Part shown: positions 17,817-25,960 of the stretch, one piece after another
Position numbering within the stretch: the stretch's first letter is position 1
Layout: every line of letters starts with the position of its first letter
Origin: a virus
Lineage: Duplodnaviria; Caudoviricetes
IMG/VR virus record: IMGVR_UViG_3300034100_000018
Location: 1-40,002 of that record
Length of the DNA stretch: 40,002 nt
Strand: one strand, 5' to 3'
Notes under the pieces: generated by a model
Seen by the model: the letters and a program-made list of their open reading frames with translations, nothing else
Told to the model about the DNA's origin: nothing
The model's database searches: none
Translations under genes and position numbers: made by a program

Positions 17817-18508
17817 TCTTGCGTCGCGATGGCGGTCGGTTGTTCGGTTGCGTCCGGCTTCTTTGCTTTTGTGAGCTTGTCGGCGAATGCCTCTTTCAGC
17901 TCGTCTTCTGCGGGCTGGTCAGAATCACGGCGAGCTGATTCGATGGCCGCTTTCATGATCTTTTTCAGCTCACCGCTTGTTTTGGCGTCGGCAATCTCAG
18001 CCAGTCGCGCATCAAGCCACGCACGGCGGGCCGGTTTGGCGTCACGCTTTCGGCCTTCCCACTCGGATCGCGCTTCGGCCACGTACTTGGAATCGTCCCA
18101 GCGACCGGAGAAAATGTCACCGGCGAAACCGAGGTAAGAGGCGCACTTGACCAGTGCATCAGTAACGGACTTCTTAGGTGCGTCCTCATCGAGGATGAAC
18201 TTTCCCGCGTTGCTTTGGTAGCTGGCTTTGGTTTGGCCGATCTGCTCCAGCTCCCCGCGCTTTCCGTTGAACTCGTACCAGAAGCGCACAACCGCGATGT
18301 GCAGTGAGTCGGTGTCGCTGAATCGTTCGATTCGCTCATTCAGGATCGTGAATCCCCAGCCGATGCCGCACGGGCCGAACTCGTCGGTCAGGCGCTCAAC
18401 GATCCAGTAAGGCTTAGGGCTGTTGCCGTTGTACTGCTTGCCGGTGATCGGCTTGACGGCGGTTGGGTCAGTGACGAAGGCGCGTTGCCAAAGTTCTTTG
18501 TTTGACAT
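17813..18508 (-). CDS. Rad52/Sak-like single-strand annealing protein
   Basis: FGPCGIGWG and DEDAPKKSVTDALVKCASYLGF..DIF motifs; adjacent to gp157. Confidence 0.65.
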   Translation of the reverse strand: MSNKELWQRAFVTDPTAVKPITGKQYNGNSPKPYWIVERLTDEFGPCGIGWGFTILNERIERFSDTDSLHIAVVRFWYEFNGKRGELEQIGQTKASYQSNAGKFILDEDAPKKSVTDALVKCASYLGFAGDIFSGRWDDSKYVAEARSEWEGRKRDAKPARRAWLDARLAEIADAKTSGELKKIMKAAIESARRDSDQPAEDELKEAFADKLTKAKKPDATEQPTAIATQE

Positions 18509-18510
18509 GG

Positions 18511-18636
18511 TCAGAATGGGATGGGTTTGATGACTTCGGCAATGGCGAGCTTGTACGCCTCCTGCCTAGTGCGGGTTGCACGGAATATCCTGAACAACCT
18601 GATGAACCAGAAAAACGGAGTGATGGGTGCGCTCAT
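18511..18636 (-). CDS. small hypothetical protein (41 aa)
   Basis: SD GAGG; ends ...KPIPF; fills the operon gap. Confidence 0.5.
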   Translation of the reverse strand: MSAPITPFFWFIRLFRIFRATRTRQEAYKLAIAEVIKPIPF

Positions 18637-18642
18637 GTTTCC

Positions 18643-18843
18643 TCACCAAGTCAAAATCAGACCAATGATCCCAGCGGCCATAACGCATGCACCAATGCAC
18701 ACGCCAGCCCATACGATCATGCCGATCCAGTCAATGCGCTGAGGCTGCTTTTGATGATGGTTGACCATCACTCGGCGCGTTGATGTGATGATCGCATGTT
18801 CCGCAAGCGCTGTGTCTTGCCATTGCTTTTCATCTTGCTTCAT
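18643..18843 (-). CDS. small C-terminal-TM protein
   Basis: MKQDEKQW..., hydrophobic C-terminus. Confidence 0.6.
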   Translation of the reverse strand: MKQDEKQWQDTALAEHAIITSTRRVMVNHHQKQPQRIDWIGMIVWAGVCIGACVMAAGIIGLILTW

Positions 18844-19157
18844 TTCTGGACTCCGCTTCGTAGCTGATGGCCAGCAGGTTTTGAATTTGCTGCTCGATGC
18901 CATTGGCATCGCACCTCGGCGTCGGCAATGACTCTCTGCTTCTCGGCCTTGAGGGCTTCGACCTTGTTGTCGATCAGCACTTGTTCGTCTGGCACTTCGA
19001 TGGTGATCGTGGCCTTGCCGACTTGAGACCACATGCACGTGGACATATCGTGCGATGCGAATCCGATGCCGGAGGTGGAATCCCCATCCTTCAGGACATC
19101 AGGACCAGCCCCGGCGGTCAGCCAGGCCATCGTTTCAATCGTGATCGTCTTAGCCAT
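18840..19157 (-). CDS. hypothetical protein, C-terminus possibly frameshifted at ~18910
   Basis: SD GGAGG; the coiled coil continues naturally (ANGIEQQIQNLLAISYE) in another frame. Confidence 0.7.
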   Translation of the reverse strand: MAKTITIETMAWLTAGAGPDVLKDGDSTSGIGFASHDMSTCMWSQVGKATITIEVPDEQVLIDNKVEALKAEKQRVIADAEVRCQWHRAANSKPAGHQLRSGVQK

Positions 19158-19338
19158 GATTGGCCTCCATCGTTTCGTCCATCGCCTTGACCGAATCAGG
19201 GCTCAGCTTGACGGGCGGTTGTTGTGTTGGCTGATAACGCACATGGGCGGCGTCATCAGCGGCTTTGCGTGCTGGGCAGTCGCGGCCTTGTCGGCAGTCA
19301 TCCAGACCGTGGTATTGACAGCATGTTGGTGTGCTCAT
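19150..19338 (-). CDS. small Cys-rich protein
   Basis: CC......DCRQGRDCPAR motif common in phage early regions. Confidence 0.75.
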   Translation of the reverse strand: MSTPTCCQYHGLDDCRQGRDCPARKAADDAAHVRYQPTQQPPVKLSPDSVKAMDETMEANHG

Positions 19339-19523
19339 CGTCCTACTCCAATTGCAAGCGCAAGAATGATCAGCGACAGGATGCACATTGCGGCATCACT
19401 CATCGTGGGCAGAGAGTGCGCCAGTCGCGTGATGACCATTGCAGCGCGGATGTTGATGGTCCGCCAGGCAGTCATAGCGAGGCGGATTTTCCGGCGTGTG
19501 ATGATGTCTGCGCGTCGGATCAT
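19335..19523 (-). CDS. small basic membrane protein
   Basis: SD AAGGAG, C-terminal TM. Confidence 0.65.
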   Translation of the reverse strand: MIRRADIITRRKIRLAMTAWRTINIRAAMVITRLAHSLPTMSDAAMCILSLIILALAIGVGR

Positions 19524-19897
19524 TTTGTGCTCCTTTGTGCAGTCGAGAACATGAACCGCAACTCACGCTGACGATCGCTGCAAATCAGACGAGTGCCTTG
19601 GAACGGCCTGGCCCACAAGCGCAGTGCGTAGGCTTTGAAGCCGCTGCACACAGCAAACCCGACCGGCATATTTTCAATGCCCCGCAGCAGCTCACCGCAT
19701 CGAATCGTCGCATTGCCCACTTGTTCGACGATCTCGCCGGTGTCCTCGATGTAGATGTAGGCGTCGTCTGTGTTGTAGGCTGGGTGGATGACCTCATCAG
19801 GCACACTTGCAAGTGCGCCGCGCAGCATGTCTGCGACCATCATCTTTTCGTATGCCTGCACGCCTGTTGTCTGCGCCATCAGTGGTGACTTGTCCAT
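19520..19897 (-). CDS. hypothetical protein, first gene after boxed promoter B
   Basis: ATG 19897 with SD AGGAG; 125 aa. Confidence 0.7.
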   Translation of the reverse strand: MDKSPLMAQTTGVQAYEKMMVADMLRGALASVPDEVIHPAYNTDDAYIYIEDTGEIVEQVGNATIRCGELLRGIENMPVGFAVCSGFKAYALRLWARPFQGTRLICSDRQRELRFMFSTAQRSTK

Positions 19898-19924
19898 GTC
19901 TGCTCCTGTTGAGTTGATAGCTCT

Positions 19925-19990
19925 ATTCTGTCGCCCAGGTGGTTGGGCGTCCAATCGAATATGGCTATCGGTGCGGTAGGATTTTTCAAT
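19925..19990 (-). promoter_or_regulatory. boxed promoter B with four-tetramer OxyR-type site
   Basis: Minus strand ATTG-N7-CTAC-N7-ATAG-N7-CGAT (19990-19954), immediately followed by TGGACG-17-CAGAAT. Confidence 0.7.
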
Positions 19991-22182
19991 CAGAACAGGC
20001 CCTTTTGTTCGGTAGCTGCGTCCGCGATGTTTTGGCAGGCCAGATCCCAATACTGTGGCTTCAGCTCGGTCCCGACAAAGCGGCGGCCCATCTTGACTGA
20101 CGTGTAGCCCTCTGAGCCAATGCCGGTGAAAGGCGAGAACACCAGATCCCCAGGGTTGGTCCACAGATGGATGCAACGCTCGATCACGTCAAGTTGAAGC
20201 GGGCACATATGCTTCTCGTCATTTTCATCACGTGCTGGCAGCTTGTTCAGCGTGCGCGACTGGTTGATGTCATCCCAGATCGGGCTGGCGTACTTCTGCC
20301 ACATCATCACCGGCAGATCATCGCCATGCGTCACGCGCACTTCAGCGTCCCCAGGCTTGCGCATCGTCACCACGTAGTCGGGCAGACCCATGCGACTCAT
20401 GGTGCTGTTTTCTCGGATGGTCTTGTGCAGGAGCCCGAGCGCCTTGGTTCGCTGCATGGCGACGACTGGATCTTTCCAGATACAAACCTCTGAGTGATAG
20501 ATGAACCCGGCATCTTGAAATGTGCGGATCAACGTGCCTCTGAAATCACGCAGGCCAATGAACCCTTGGCGCATCTTGGTGGTTGGCAGGTTCATGCAGT
20601 GAAATGAAACATTGCGGCCAGGCTTGATGACTCTGAACAGTTCGGCGATCAAGAACTTGAGCTGCGCTGCGAATTCCTCGTCGTCCTTGCAGTTGCCCAT
20701 GTCGTGGTCACTGTTGGAGTACACGAACAGGTCGGCGAATGGCGGCGAGAAAACCGAGTAGTCGATGCTGTTGTCTGCCATGCGACGGGACCACTTCACG
20801 CAGTCGCCAAGGTGGACCGTGAACCCTTCGCCTTCGTGGGTGTCTTCGCGGTATTCGTCGACGACGTTCTCTTGTCCGGCCAGTTCTTTGTTCATGATGT
20901 CTTTCATGTGCTCGATCATGTTTTCGCTCATCTTGTGGTGTTGCAGTTCTTTGCGCTTGAGGTTCGCCAGAATCTGGCCTTCGTTCTCAGCAGTGAAAAG
21001 TTGGATCTGGACTTGCCGTTTTTGGCCGAATCGATAGCAGCGGCGAACGGCTTGGTAGAACTTCTCAAACGAGTCATCAAGCCCCACAAAAGCCATGCGG
21101 GCGCAGTGTTGCCAGTTCATCCCGAACCCGCAAATCTTCGGCTTAGAGATCAAGACGCGGACTTTTCCATGACTGAAATCAAGCATTCGCGCAGACTTGT
21201 CCTCTGGCTTGTCTGAGCCTTGCACGTTCACCGATCCTGGGATCAGTTGGCGCAGCATTTCCGCCTCGTCGTTGAGGTGGCACCAGATCAGCCAAGGCTC
21301 AGACGGGTCAGCATTGACGACATCGGCGAGGGCTTTGCATCGTGATTCAATGCTGCCGCGCTGCGCCTTGCGCTTCTCAGCAAGACCGACGGCTGGCTTT
21401 GCGAAAAGGTCATCAGTTGATGATCCGGCCTCGACCACGTGCTCGATGTACTCGGGTAGTGGCAATTCATACGCCGATCCATCAAAGCCGATGTCGGACG
21501 GATTGCGCAGCACGACAGACCACGATCCCATCCATTCCCAGAACTTCGATGCGCCCCATCCCTTGAGCCGCCAAGTCCCAGTGTCTCCGGTGTCGTTGAC
21601 GAAGTATGTCGCCAGCATTTCGGTTCGAGTCATCACGCCCAAGAACTCGCACTGGTTGCCAAGTTCCTCAAAGTCATTCGGGGAAGGTGTTGCTGTGCAG
21701 CTCAAGCGATACGGGACACCCTGCGCGGCGTCGATGATCCGTTGCCGGGTCTTGCCGTCGTGCGCCTTGAGAATCGACGACTCATCAAGCACCAGACCGT
21801 GCAATGATGTGAAGTCGATTGGCTCCATGCGCTCATAGTTGGTGATCCAAACACCCGGCGCATTAGGAGTGCCACCCTGATGGACGCGGCGTACATCAAT
21901 GCCGAATGTCGCGCCCTGCTCAATCGTCTGCTCAGAGACAGCGAGAGGGGCAAGCACAAGCACAATCCCGCCCGTATGGCTTGCCACCTCATCAGCCCAT
22001 GAAAGCTGCATCAAGGTCTTTCCAAGGCCGGTATCTGCAAAGATGGCTGCGCGGCCACGGCGAACGGCCCATGACACGATGGCGTGCTGGAAGTCGAAAA
22101 GGTGCTCGTTCAGTTCGCCGGGTGCGTGGCCTGTTGCTACTTCAGCGCGCCGCTTGCTTGCAATGAATTGATCGTATTCCAT
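19990..22182 (-). CDS. SNF2-like helicase / beta-class N4-N6 DNA methyltransferase fusion
   Basis: Helicase motifs DTGLGKT, LDESS, CTATP, YQAVRRCYRFGQ; MTase motifs FSPPF and PFTGIGS. Confidence 0.92.
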   Translation of the reverse strand: MEYDQFIASKRRAEVATGHAPGELNEHLFDFQHAIVSWAVRRGRAAIFADTGLGKTLMQLSWADEVASHTGGIVLVLAPLAVSEQTIEQGATFGIDVRRVHQGGTPNAPGVWITNYERMEPIDFTSLHGLVLDESSILKAHDGKTRQRIIDAAQGVPYRLSCTATPSPNDFEELGNQCEFLGVMTRTEMLATYFVNDTGDTGTWRLKGWGASKFWEWMGSWSVVLRNPSDIGFDGSAYELPLPEYIEHVVEAGSSTDDLFAKPAVGLAEKRKAQRGSIESRCKALADVVNADPSEPWLIWCHLNDEAEMLRQLIPGSVNVQGSDKPEDKSARMLDFSHGKVRVLISKPKICGFGMNWQHCARMAFVGLDDSFEKFYQAVRRCYRFGQKRQVQIQLFTAENEGQILANLKRKELQHHKMSENMIEHMKDIMNKELAGQENVVDEYREDTHEGEGFTVHLGDCVKWSRRMADNSIDYSVFSPPFADLFVYSNSDHDMGNCKDDEEFAAQLKFLIAELFRVIKPGRNVSFHCMNLPTTKMRQGFIGLRDFRGTLIRTFQDAGFIYHSEVCIWKDPVVAMQRTKALGLLHKTIRENSTMSRMGLPDYVVTMRKPGDAEVRVTHGDDLPVMMWQKYASPIWDDINQSRTLNKLPARDENDEKHMCPLQLDVIERCIHLWTNPGDLVFSPFTGIGSEGYTSVKMGRRFVGTELKPQYWDLACQNIADAATEQKGLF

Positions 22183-22195
22183 TGGGTATTTGTGT

Positions 22196-22263
22196 AAAAA
22201 AGCCAGCCGCTAGAACACTTTGCGGCCCTCTACTGCGACAAAGTTTGATGGAGTGCGGCTGGC
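22196..22263 (-). terminator. leader hairpin/attenuator ahead of the helicase-MTase gene
   Basis: GCCAGCCGC...GCGGCTGGC 9-bp stem with inner stem, followed by T6 on the minus strand; begins at the predicted +1 of promoter C. Confidence 0.6.
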
Positions 22264-22269
22264 GAATGA

Positions 22270-22372
22270 ATGATGCGGCCCCGGTGTGTTTTTTGCCAAT
22301 TGATTATCTCTATGGCATTGTCTGACTCGATCAACAAAATCAACGCTGCATGTTTCGGTGTTGTGGCAGCAT
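22270..22372. promoter_or_regulatory. divergent early promoter pair with two boxes (switch region)
   Basis: Leftward: ATAG-N7-CAAT (22313-22299) + TGGCAA-17-CATCAT. Rightward: degenerate ATCA-N7-CAAC (22330-22344) with TGG-CAGCAT -10. Confidence 0.6.
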
Positions 22373-22379
22373 TCAGACC

Positions 22380-22523
22380 ATGCACACAATCAACTTTGCA
22401 AAGTTCACAGCCACATTTGACGATGCAGGAGTCACACTCAGGCACGTAAACGGTGGTGAAGTGACGATCTCATATCGGCAGCTTGAATCCTGGCTGCTGA
22501 GGATGTTCCGCAAGCTCATCTAA
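22380..22523 (+). CDS. small hypothetical protein (47 aa), probably leaderless, at the cro position
   Basis: MHTINFAKFTATFDDAGVTLRHVNGGEVTISYRQLESWLLRMFRKLI*; no SD; ATG at the predicted +1. Confidence 0.55.
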   Translation: MHTINFAKFTATFDDAGVTLRHVNGGEVTISYRQLESWLLRMFRKLI

Positions 22524-22531
22524 CAAGTTTC

Positions 22532-22638
22532 GCCCACCAGCCACAATCACGCTCAGTGTCACATTCATGTGGCGGTTTTCCTCCCTGAGCCGTTGAGGTG
22601 CATCCTCCAGTTTTGAGCGTGTGCTGGTGGGCTCTTTT
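22532..22638 (+). ncRNA. structured RNA/terminator with CU-rich (anti-SD-like) loop
   Basis: GCCCACCAGC..CACGCTCA / TGAGCGTG..GCTGGTGGGC + TCTTTT, enclosing three small hairpins, one displaying TTTTCCTCCC. Confidence 0.55.
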
Positions 22639-22648
22639 ACACATCACC

Positions 22649-22846
22649 ATGAACCCATTCTCAAAAGACTACAAGCCGCAGATCAGTCCTGATCAACTCA
22701 GTCGCAGGCAGTCCGAATCGGCGACAAAGCGCCGTGCTGATGGAATGGCCTCTGACGATCCATTGCGCCGGATTGCTGCTAGCGGCAACATGGGAGAACT
22801 GTCAAGCAAGACGAACTACAGGTTGCAAAAGTCGTCAAAGCTCTGA
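22649..22846 (+). CDS. small hypothetical protein (MNPFSKDYKP...)
   Basis: 65 aa from ATG 22649. Confidence 0.55.
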   Translation: MNPFSKDYKPQISPDQLSRRQSESATKRRADGMASDDPLRRIAASGNMGELSSKTNYRLQKSSKL

Positions 22847-22852
22847 CATAAT
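22823..22852 (+). promoter_or_regulatory. sigma70-type promoter
   Basis: TTGCAA-18-CATAAT with extended TG. Confidence 0.6.
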
Positions 22853-22910
22853 GGACACGTCCGCGCAATGCGGGCGCCCTATGCCCCATCGGTTTTGACA
22901 GGCCGGTGGA

Positions 22911-23026
22911 TTACGCAACATTGGTGGGCGCATGTAGAGAGGTGATGGGGAGCGTAAGCCGAAAGGCCCGCACCCTGTGACCAATGCAGGGCTGTTCAGC
23001 CCCTCATCTCTTCCCTACATGCGCTC
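22911..23026 (+). ncRNA. C4/CI-like antisense RNA 1 with complementary leader
   Basis: Closing stem 22926-37/23015-26; loops GCGTAA (22952) and ACCAATG (22980) are complementary to leader TTACGC-aa-CATTGGT (22911-25). Confidence 0.7.
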
Positions 23027-23039
23027 GGAAGGAAGCTGA

Positions 23040-23747
23040 ATGGCGAGGATTCGCACAATCAAACCTGAGTTTTTCACGTCAGAGGACATTGTTTCCCTGA
23101 CGCCTCACGCACGTCTTTTGTATATCGCCATGTGGTGCGAGGCAGACAAAGAGGGCCGGATGACTTGGAGGCCAAAGACCCTCAAGATGCGGTACTTCCC
23201 TGCGGATGATGTTTGCATTGAATCCCTATGCTCTGAGATTCTTGATCTCGGCCTTGTCCGTCTTTACGGAGAAGGCTATGCGTGCATCCCATCATTCCAC
23301 GCACACCAGCATATAAACCCGAGGGAGTCGGTGAGTCAGCTTCCACCGCCACCAGATCAATGCAAAAAATCGACGCGTGAAGCACGCGTGAAGCACGAGT
23401 CAGTGACGGATGAAACACGCGACAGTGACGCACAGGTAGGAAGGGAAGGGAAGGGAAGGGAATTATTGGATGCGCCGCAAAGCGACGCCAACAAGCGCGG
23501 GCATAGATTGCCTCAAGATTGGCAACTTCCAAAGCCTTGGGGGGATTGGGCACTGCTTGAGTTCAAGGCATGGACCGCCGATGTGGTCAGGGTCGAGGCC
23601 GAAAAGTTCCGGGACTTCTGGGTTTCCAAAGCAGGGAAGGATGCGGCAAAGCTGGACTGGAATGCAACATGGCGGAATTGGTGCCGAAACGCTCGGCCCG
23701 ATCTGAGCACAAAGCAACAATCAGACCAATTCAAGGGGTGCATCTGA
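23040..23747 (+). CDS. phage replication initiator (O-like)
   Basis: MARIRTIKPEFFTSED N-terminus; RLPQDW...FRDFW...DWNATWRNW C-terminus; internal iterons. Confidence 0.88.
   Translation: MARIRTIKPEFFTSEDIVSLTPHARLLYIAMWCEADKEGRMTWRPKTLKMRYFPADDVCIESLCSEILDLGLVRLYGEGYACIPSFHAHQHINPRESVSQLPPPPDQCKKSTREARVKHESVTDETRDSDAQVGREGKGRELLDAPQSDANKRGHRLPQDWQLPKPWGDWALLEFKAWTADVVRVEAEKFRDFWVSKAGKDAAKLDWNATWRNWCRNARPDLSTKQQSDQFKGCI
23372..23462 (+). repeat. replication-origin iterons and purine-rich tract
   Basis: Six tandem 11-mers (gacgcgtgaag cacgcgtgaag cacgagtcagt gacggatgaaa cacgcgacagt gacgcacaggt), then (GGAAG)n. Confidence 0.75.
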
Positions 23748-24121
23748 TGAGAGGAATGGACAACCTGCGCAAGATGCGCATTTCCGGCATGAAGCCTTGC
23801 ATGGTCTGGGTCGAACTGATGCCGATGCAAAAGTGGACTCATCAATACACGTCATCACCAGGCGCGAGCGTTGACATTCACATGGACGATGCAGACATTG
23901 CCAGGATCGGTTCGGCAGACCTTCGGCCATTGATCGGCCTGACGGTATTGGTCAACGGCGAGGACAACGACAAAACAGAAAGAGTCGCACGCGAGTGCTT
24001 CAAGGCCGGAGCGAATGTCGTCCAAGCCGTTTTCTATGACCTAAGTAACCCTTACAAAGTGAAGGTTGTTAAGGGGTTGAGAATCTCAAAAGAAGGCGAG
24101 AAAACTGTATGGCAGCAGTGA
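23747..24121 (+). CDS. hypothetical replication-module protein
   Basis: Start overlaps the rep stop; 'DLRPLIGLTVLV' motif; 124 aa. Confidence 0.75.
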   Translation: MRGMDNLRKMRISGMKPCMVWVELMPMQKWTHQYTSSPGASVDIHMDDADIARIGSADLRPLIGLTVLVNGEDNDKTERVARECFKAGANVVQAVFYDLSNPYKVKVVKGLRISKEGEKTVWQQ

Positions 24122-25077
24122 TCAGTCCTGATGACATTGACTTTGCGCTATATCTCACCGAGACAGAGGCAATGCAGCGGGTCAGGCCGGCATCCGGGTA
24201 CATCGACGAGATGCTTGATCGAATGTTCAACGCCACCCGCGAGCGATGCGCCTACCTTCCGTGGGACAAGACCCGCGAAGCGTTCCAGTTCAGGCCCGGG
24301 GAAGTAACACTCTGGCCCGGCATCAATGGGCATGGAAAATCGCTTGTGACTGGTATGGTGTCCATGTCGCTCATGGGCCAGCGCGAAAAGGTGTGCATCG
24401 CATCGTTTGAGATGAAGCCTTACAAGACTCTCGAGCGAATGTCCCGGCAGTGGTTGGGCTACAGGCCGGCGCAACGTGGCGACCCGCAAGAACTGATTGA
24501 TACATACATGGACGCGGCCCGGCAGTTCGGGGAGTGGACTGATGGCAAGCTGTGGCTATACGACCAGCAGGGAACGACCACTCCGGAAAACATCGTTTCC
24601 GTCGCCAGGTACTGCGCAAAGGAACTTGGCATTCAGCACATCTTCATCGACTCGCTCATGAAGTGCGTGAAAAACGAGGACGACTACAACGGTCAGAAGT
24701 ACGTGATTGACGAATTTTGCTCAATCGCCAAAGACCACAACGCGCACATTCACGTCATTCACCACTCAAAGAAGTTGGACGACGAGAACAGGCAGCCCGG
24801 GAAATTCGACTCTAAGGGCTCAGGCTCAATCACTGACCAGGTTGACAACATCATGGTGCATTGGCGAAACAAGGCCAAGGAAAACGCCAGAAGGGCCCGC
24901 GAGGCGTATAAGCAGGAAGACCCAGACGCGATGCTCATTTGCCACAAGCAACGAAATGGCGAGGATGAACCAAAGATCGCCCTATGGTTTGATCCTGACA
25001 GCCAGCAATTCACAGAGTTCCAAGGCGCATCACCAATGAACTTTTCGGAGTATCCGCATGTTAAATGGGCACGCTGA
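24109..25077 (+). CDS. DnaB-like (SF4) helicase, C-terminal ATPase domain only
   Basis: Walker A GINGHGKS; SFEM; FIDSL; KGSGSITDQVDN; KQRNG. Confidence 0.9.
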   Translation: MAAVISPDDIDFALYLTETEAMQRVRPASGYIDEMLDRMFNATRERCAYLPWDKTREAFQFRPGEVTLWPGINGHGKSLVTGMVSMSLMGQREKVCIASFEMKPYKTLERMSRQWLGYRPAQRGDPQELIDTYMDAARQFGEWTDGKLWLYDQQGTTTPENIVSVARYCAKELGIQHIFIDSLMKCVKNEDDYNGQKYVIDEFCSIAKDHNAHIHVIHHSKKLDDENRQPGKFDSKGSGSITDQVDNIMVHWRNKAKENARRAREAYKQEDPDAMLICHKQRNGEDEPKIALWFDPDSQQFTEFQGASPMNFSEYPHVKWAR

Positions 25078-25079
25078 TT

Positions 25080-25125
25080 CGATAGCCAAAATCAATTGGC
25101 ATTGATGAGCAAACATCGCCATCAT
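25080..25125 (+). promoter_or_regulatory. boxed promoter D
   Basis: CGATAGCCAAAATCAAT-TGGCAT-17-CATCAT, with ATG 25132 at the predicted +1. Confidence 0.7.
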
Positions 25126-25131
25126 TGATCC

Positions 25132-25509
25132 ATGACTTCATCAAACCTTATCCACGAAACGCCAAAAAACGCATCAACGCGCAATGGCAATCTTTGGTCA
25201 GATGCAGAGATTGCGATTTTGGATCAGACCTACTGCGAGGGGGCGGATGAATGCCAAGCCGCATTGAGGCGTGCAGGTTACACGCGGGGGCTTGACGCAA
25301 TCAGGTACAAAGCTCACGGGCGGAACTTGAAGGTGTCGGCGCACACAACAAGAGCGAAGCGCGCTGAAGCTGCATCAAAGACGATGCAAGCCAAAGGCGG
25401 TCGAGATGGTCTGTTCAAGGTGCGCGCCCCGTTTGAGACGCTTGATCCTGAGTACATCAAGGTCAGCAGCATTTTCCGTGTCGGGCAACGCTATGGAGCG
25501 CAAGCATGA
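25132..25509 (+). CDS. possible DNA-binding protein (Myb/homeodomain-like HTH)
   Basis: WSDAEIAIL...Y.......L......R...AIRYKA pattern. Confidence 0.55.
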   Translation: MTSSNLIHETPKNASTRNGNLWSDAEIAILDQTYCEGADECQAALRRAGYTRGLDAIRYKAHGRNLKVSAHTTRAKRAEAASKTMQAKGGRDGLFKVRAPFETLDPEYIKVSSIFRVGQRYGAQA

Positions 25510-25706
25510 TTGATCTCAAGCCAAGGGAAATAGAGGCCATTGAGCACGCTGCCAAAGGCTGGAACACAAAGCAGGCAGCAAAGCACACTGGCCTGAGCCA
25601 TCACACAGTCCATGACTACCGAAAGGGCGCGTTGCGTTGCCTAGGTGCCAGGACGATGACTCATGCGCTGATGTTGGCAATCCGTGCGGGGGTGATCAAG
25701 CCATGA
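25506..25706 (+). CDS. stand-alone LuxR/GerE-type HTH regulator
   Basis: LKPREIEAI...AKGWNTKQAA...GLSHHTV.DY......LGA. Confidence 0.85.
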   Translation: MIDLKPREIEAIEHAAKGWNTKQAAKHTGLSHHTVHDYRKGALRCLGARTMTHALMLAIRAGVIKP

Positions 25707-25960
25707 GCAAGACAGACACATGCCTCAAGTGCGGCCAAGTCGGCCACACGTCGAGCAGTTGCAAGCGTTTGCAGTGCGTTGCATGCGACAGTTTCCGCAT
25801 GACTGCCAAAAGCGTGATCTATCGTTGCGTCAAGGCTGCGGCGTATTGGAGCCCGTCTCCTACGCAATGGCGTGACTGCAAGCTGGCCCGGCCTGCGGCT
25901 GAGGGGGTCGAGGCCGAGCGCAGGGCTGCGCTCAGGGATCAGGGGAGTGTGACAGCATGA
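25703..25960 (+). CDS. zinc-knuckle (CCHC) protein
   Basis: CLKCGQVGHTSSSC; ATGA coupling. Confidence 0.7.
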   Translation: MSKTDTCLKCGQVGHTSSSCKRLQCVACDSFRMTAKSVIYRCVKAAAYWSPSPTQWRDCKLARPAAEGVEAERRAALRDQGSVTA

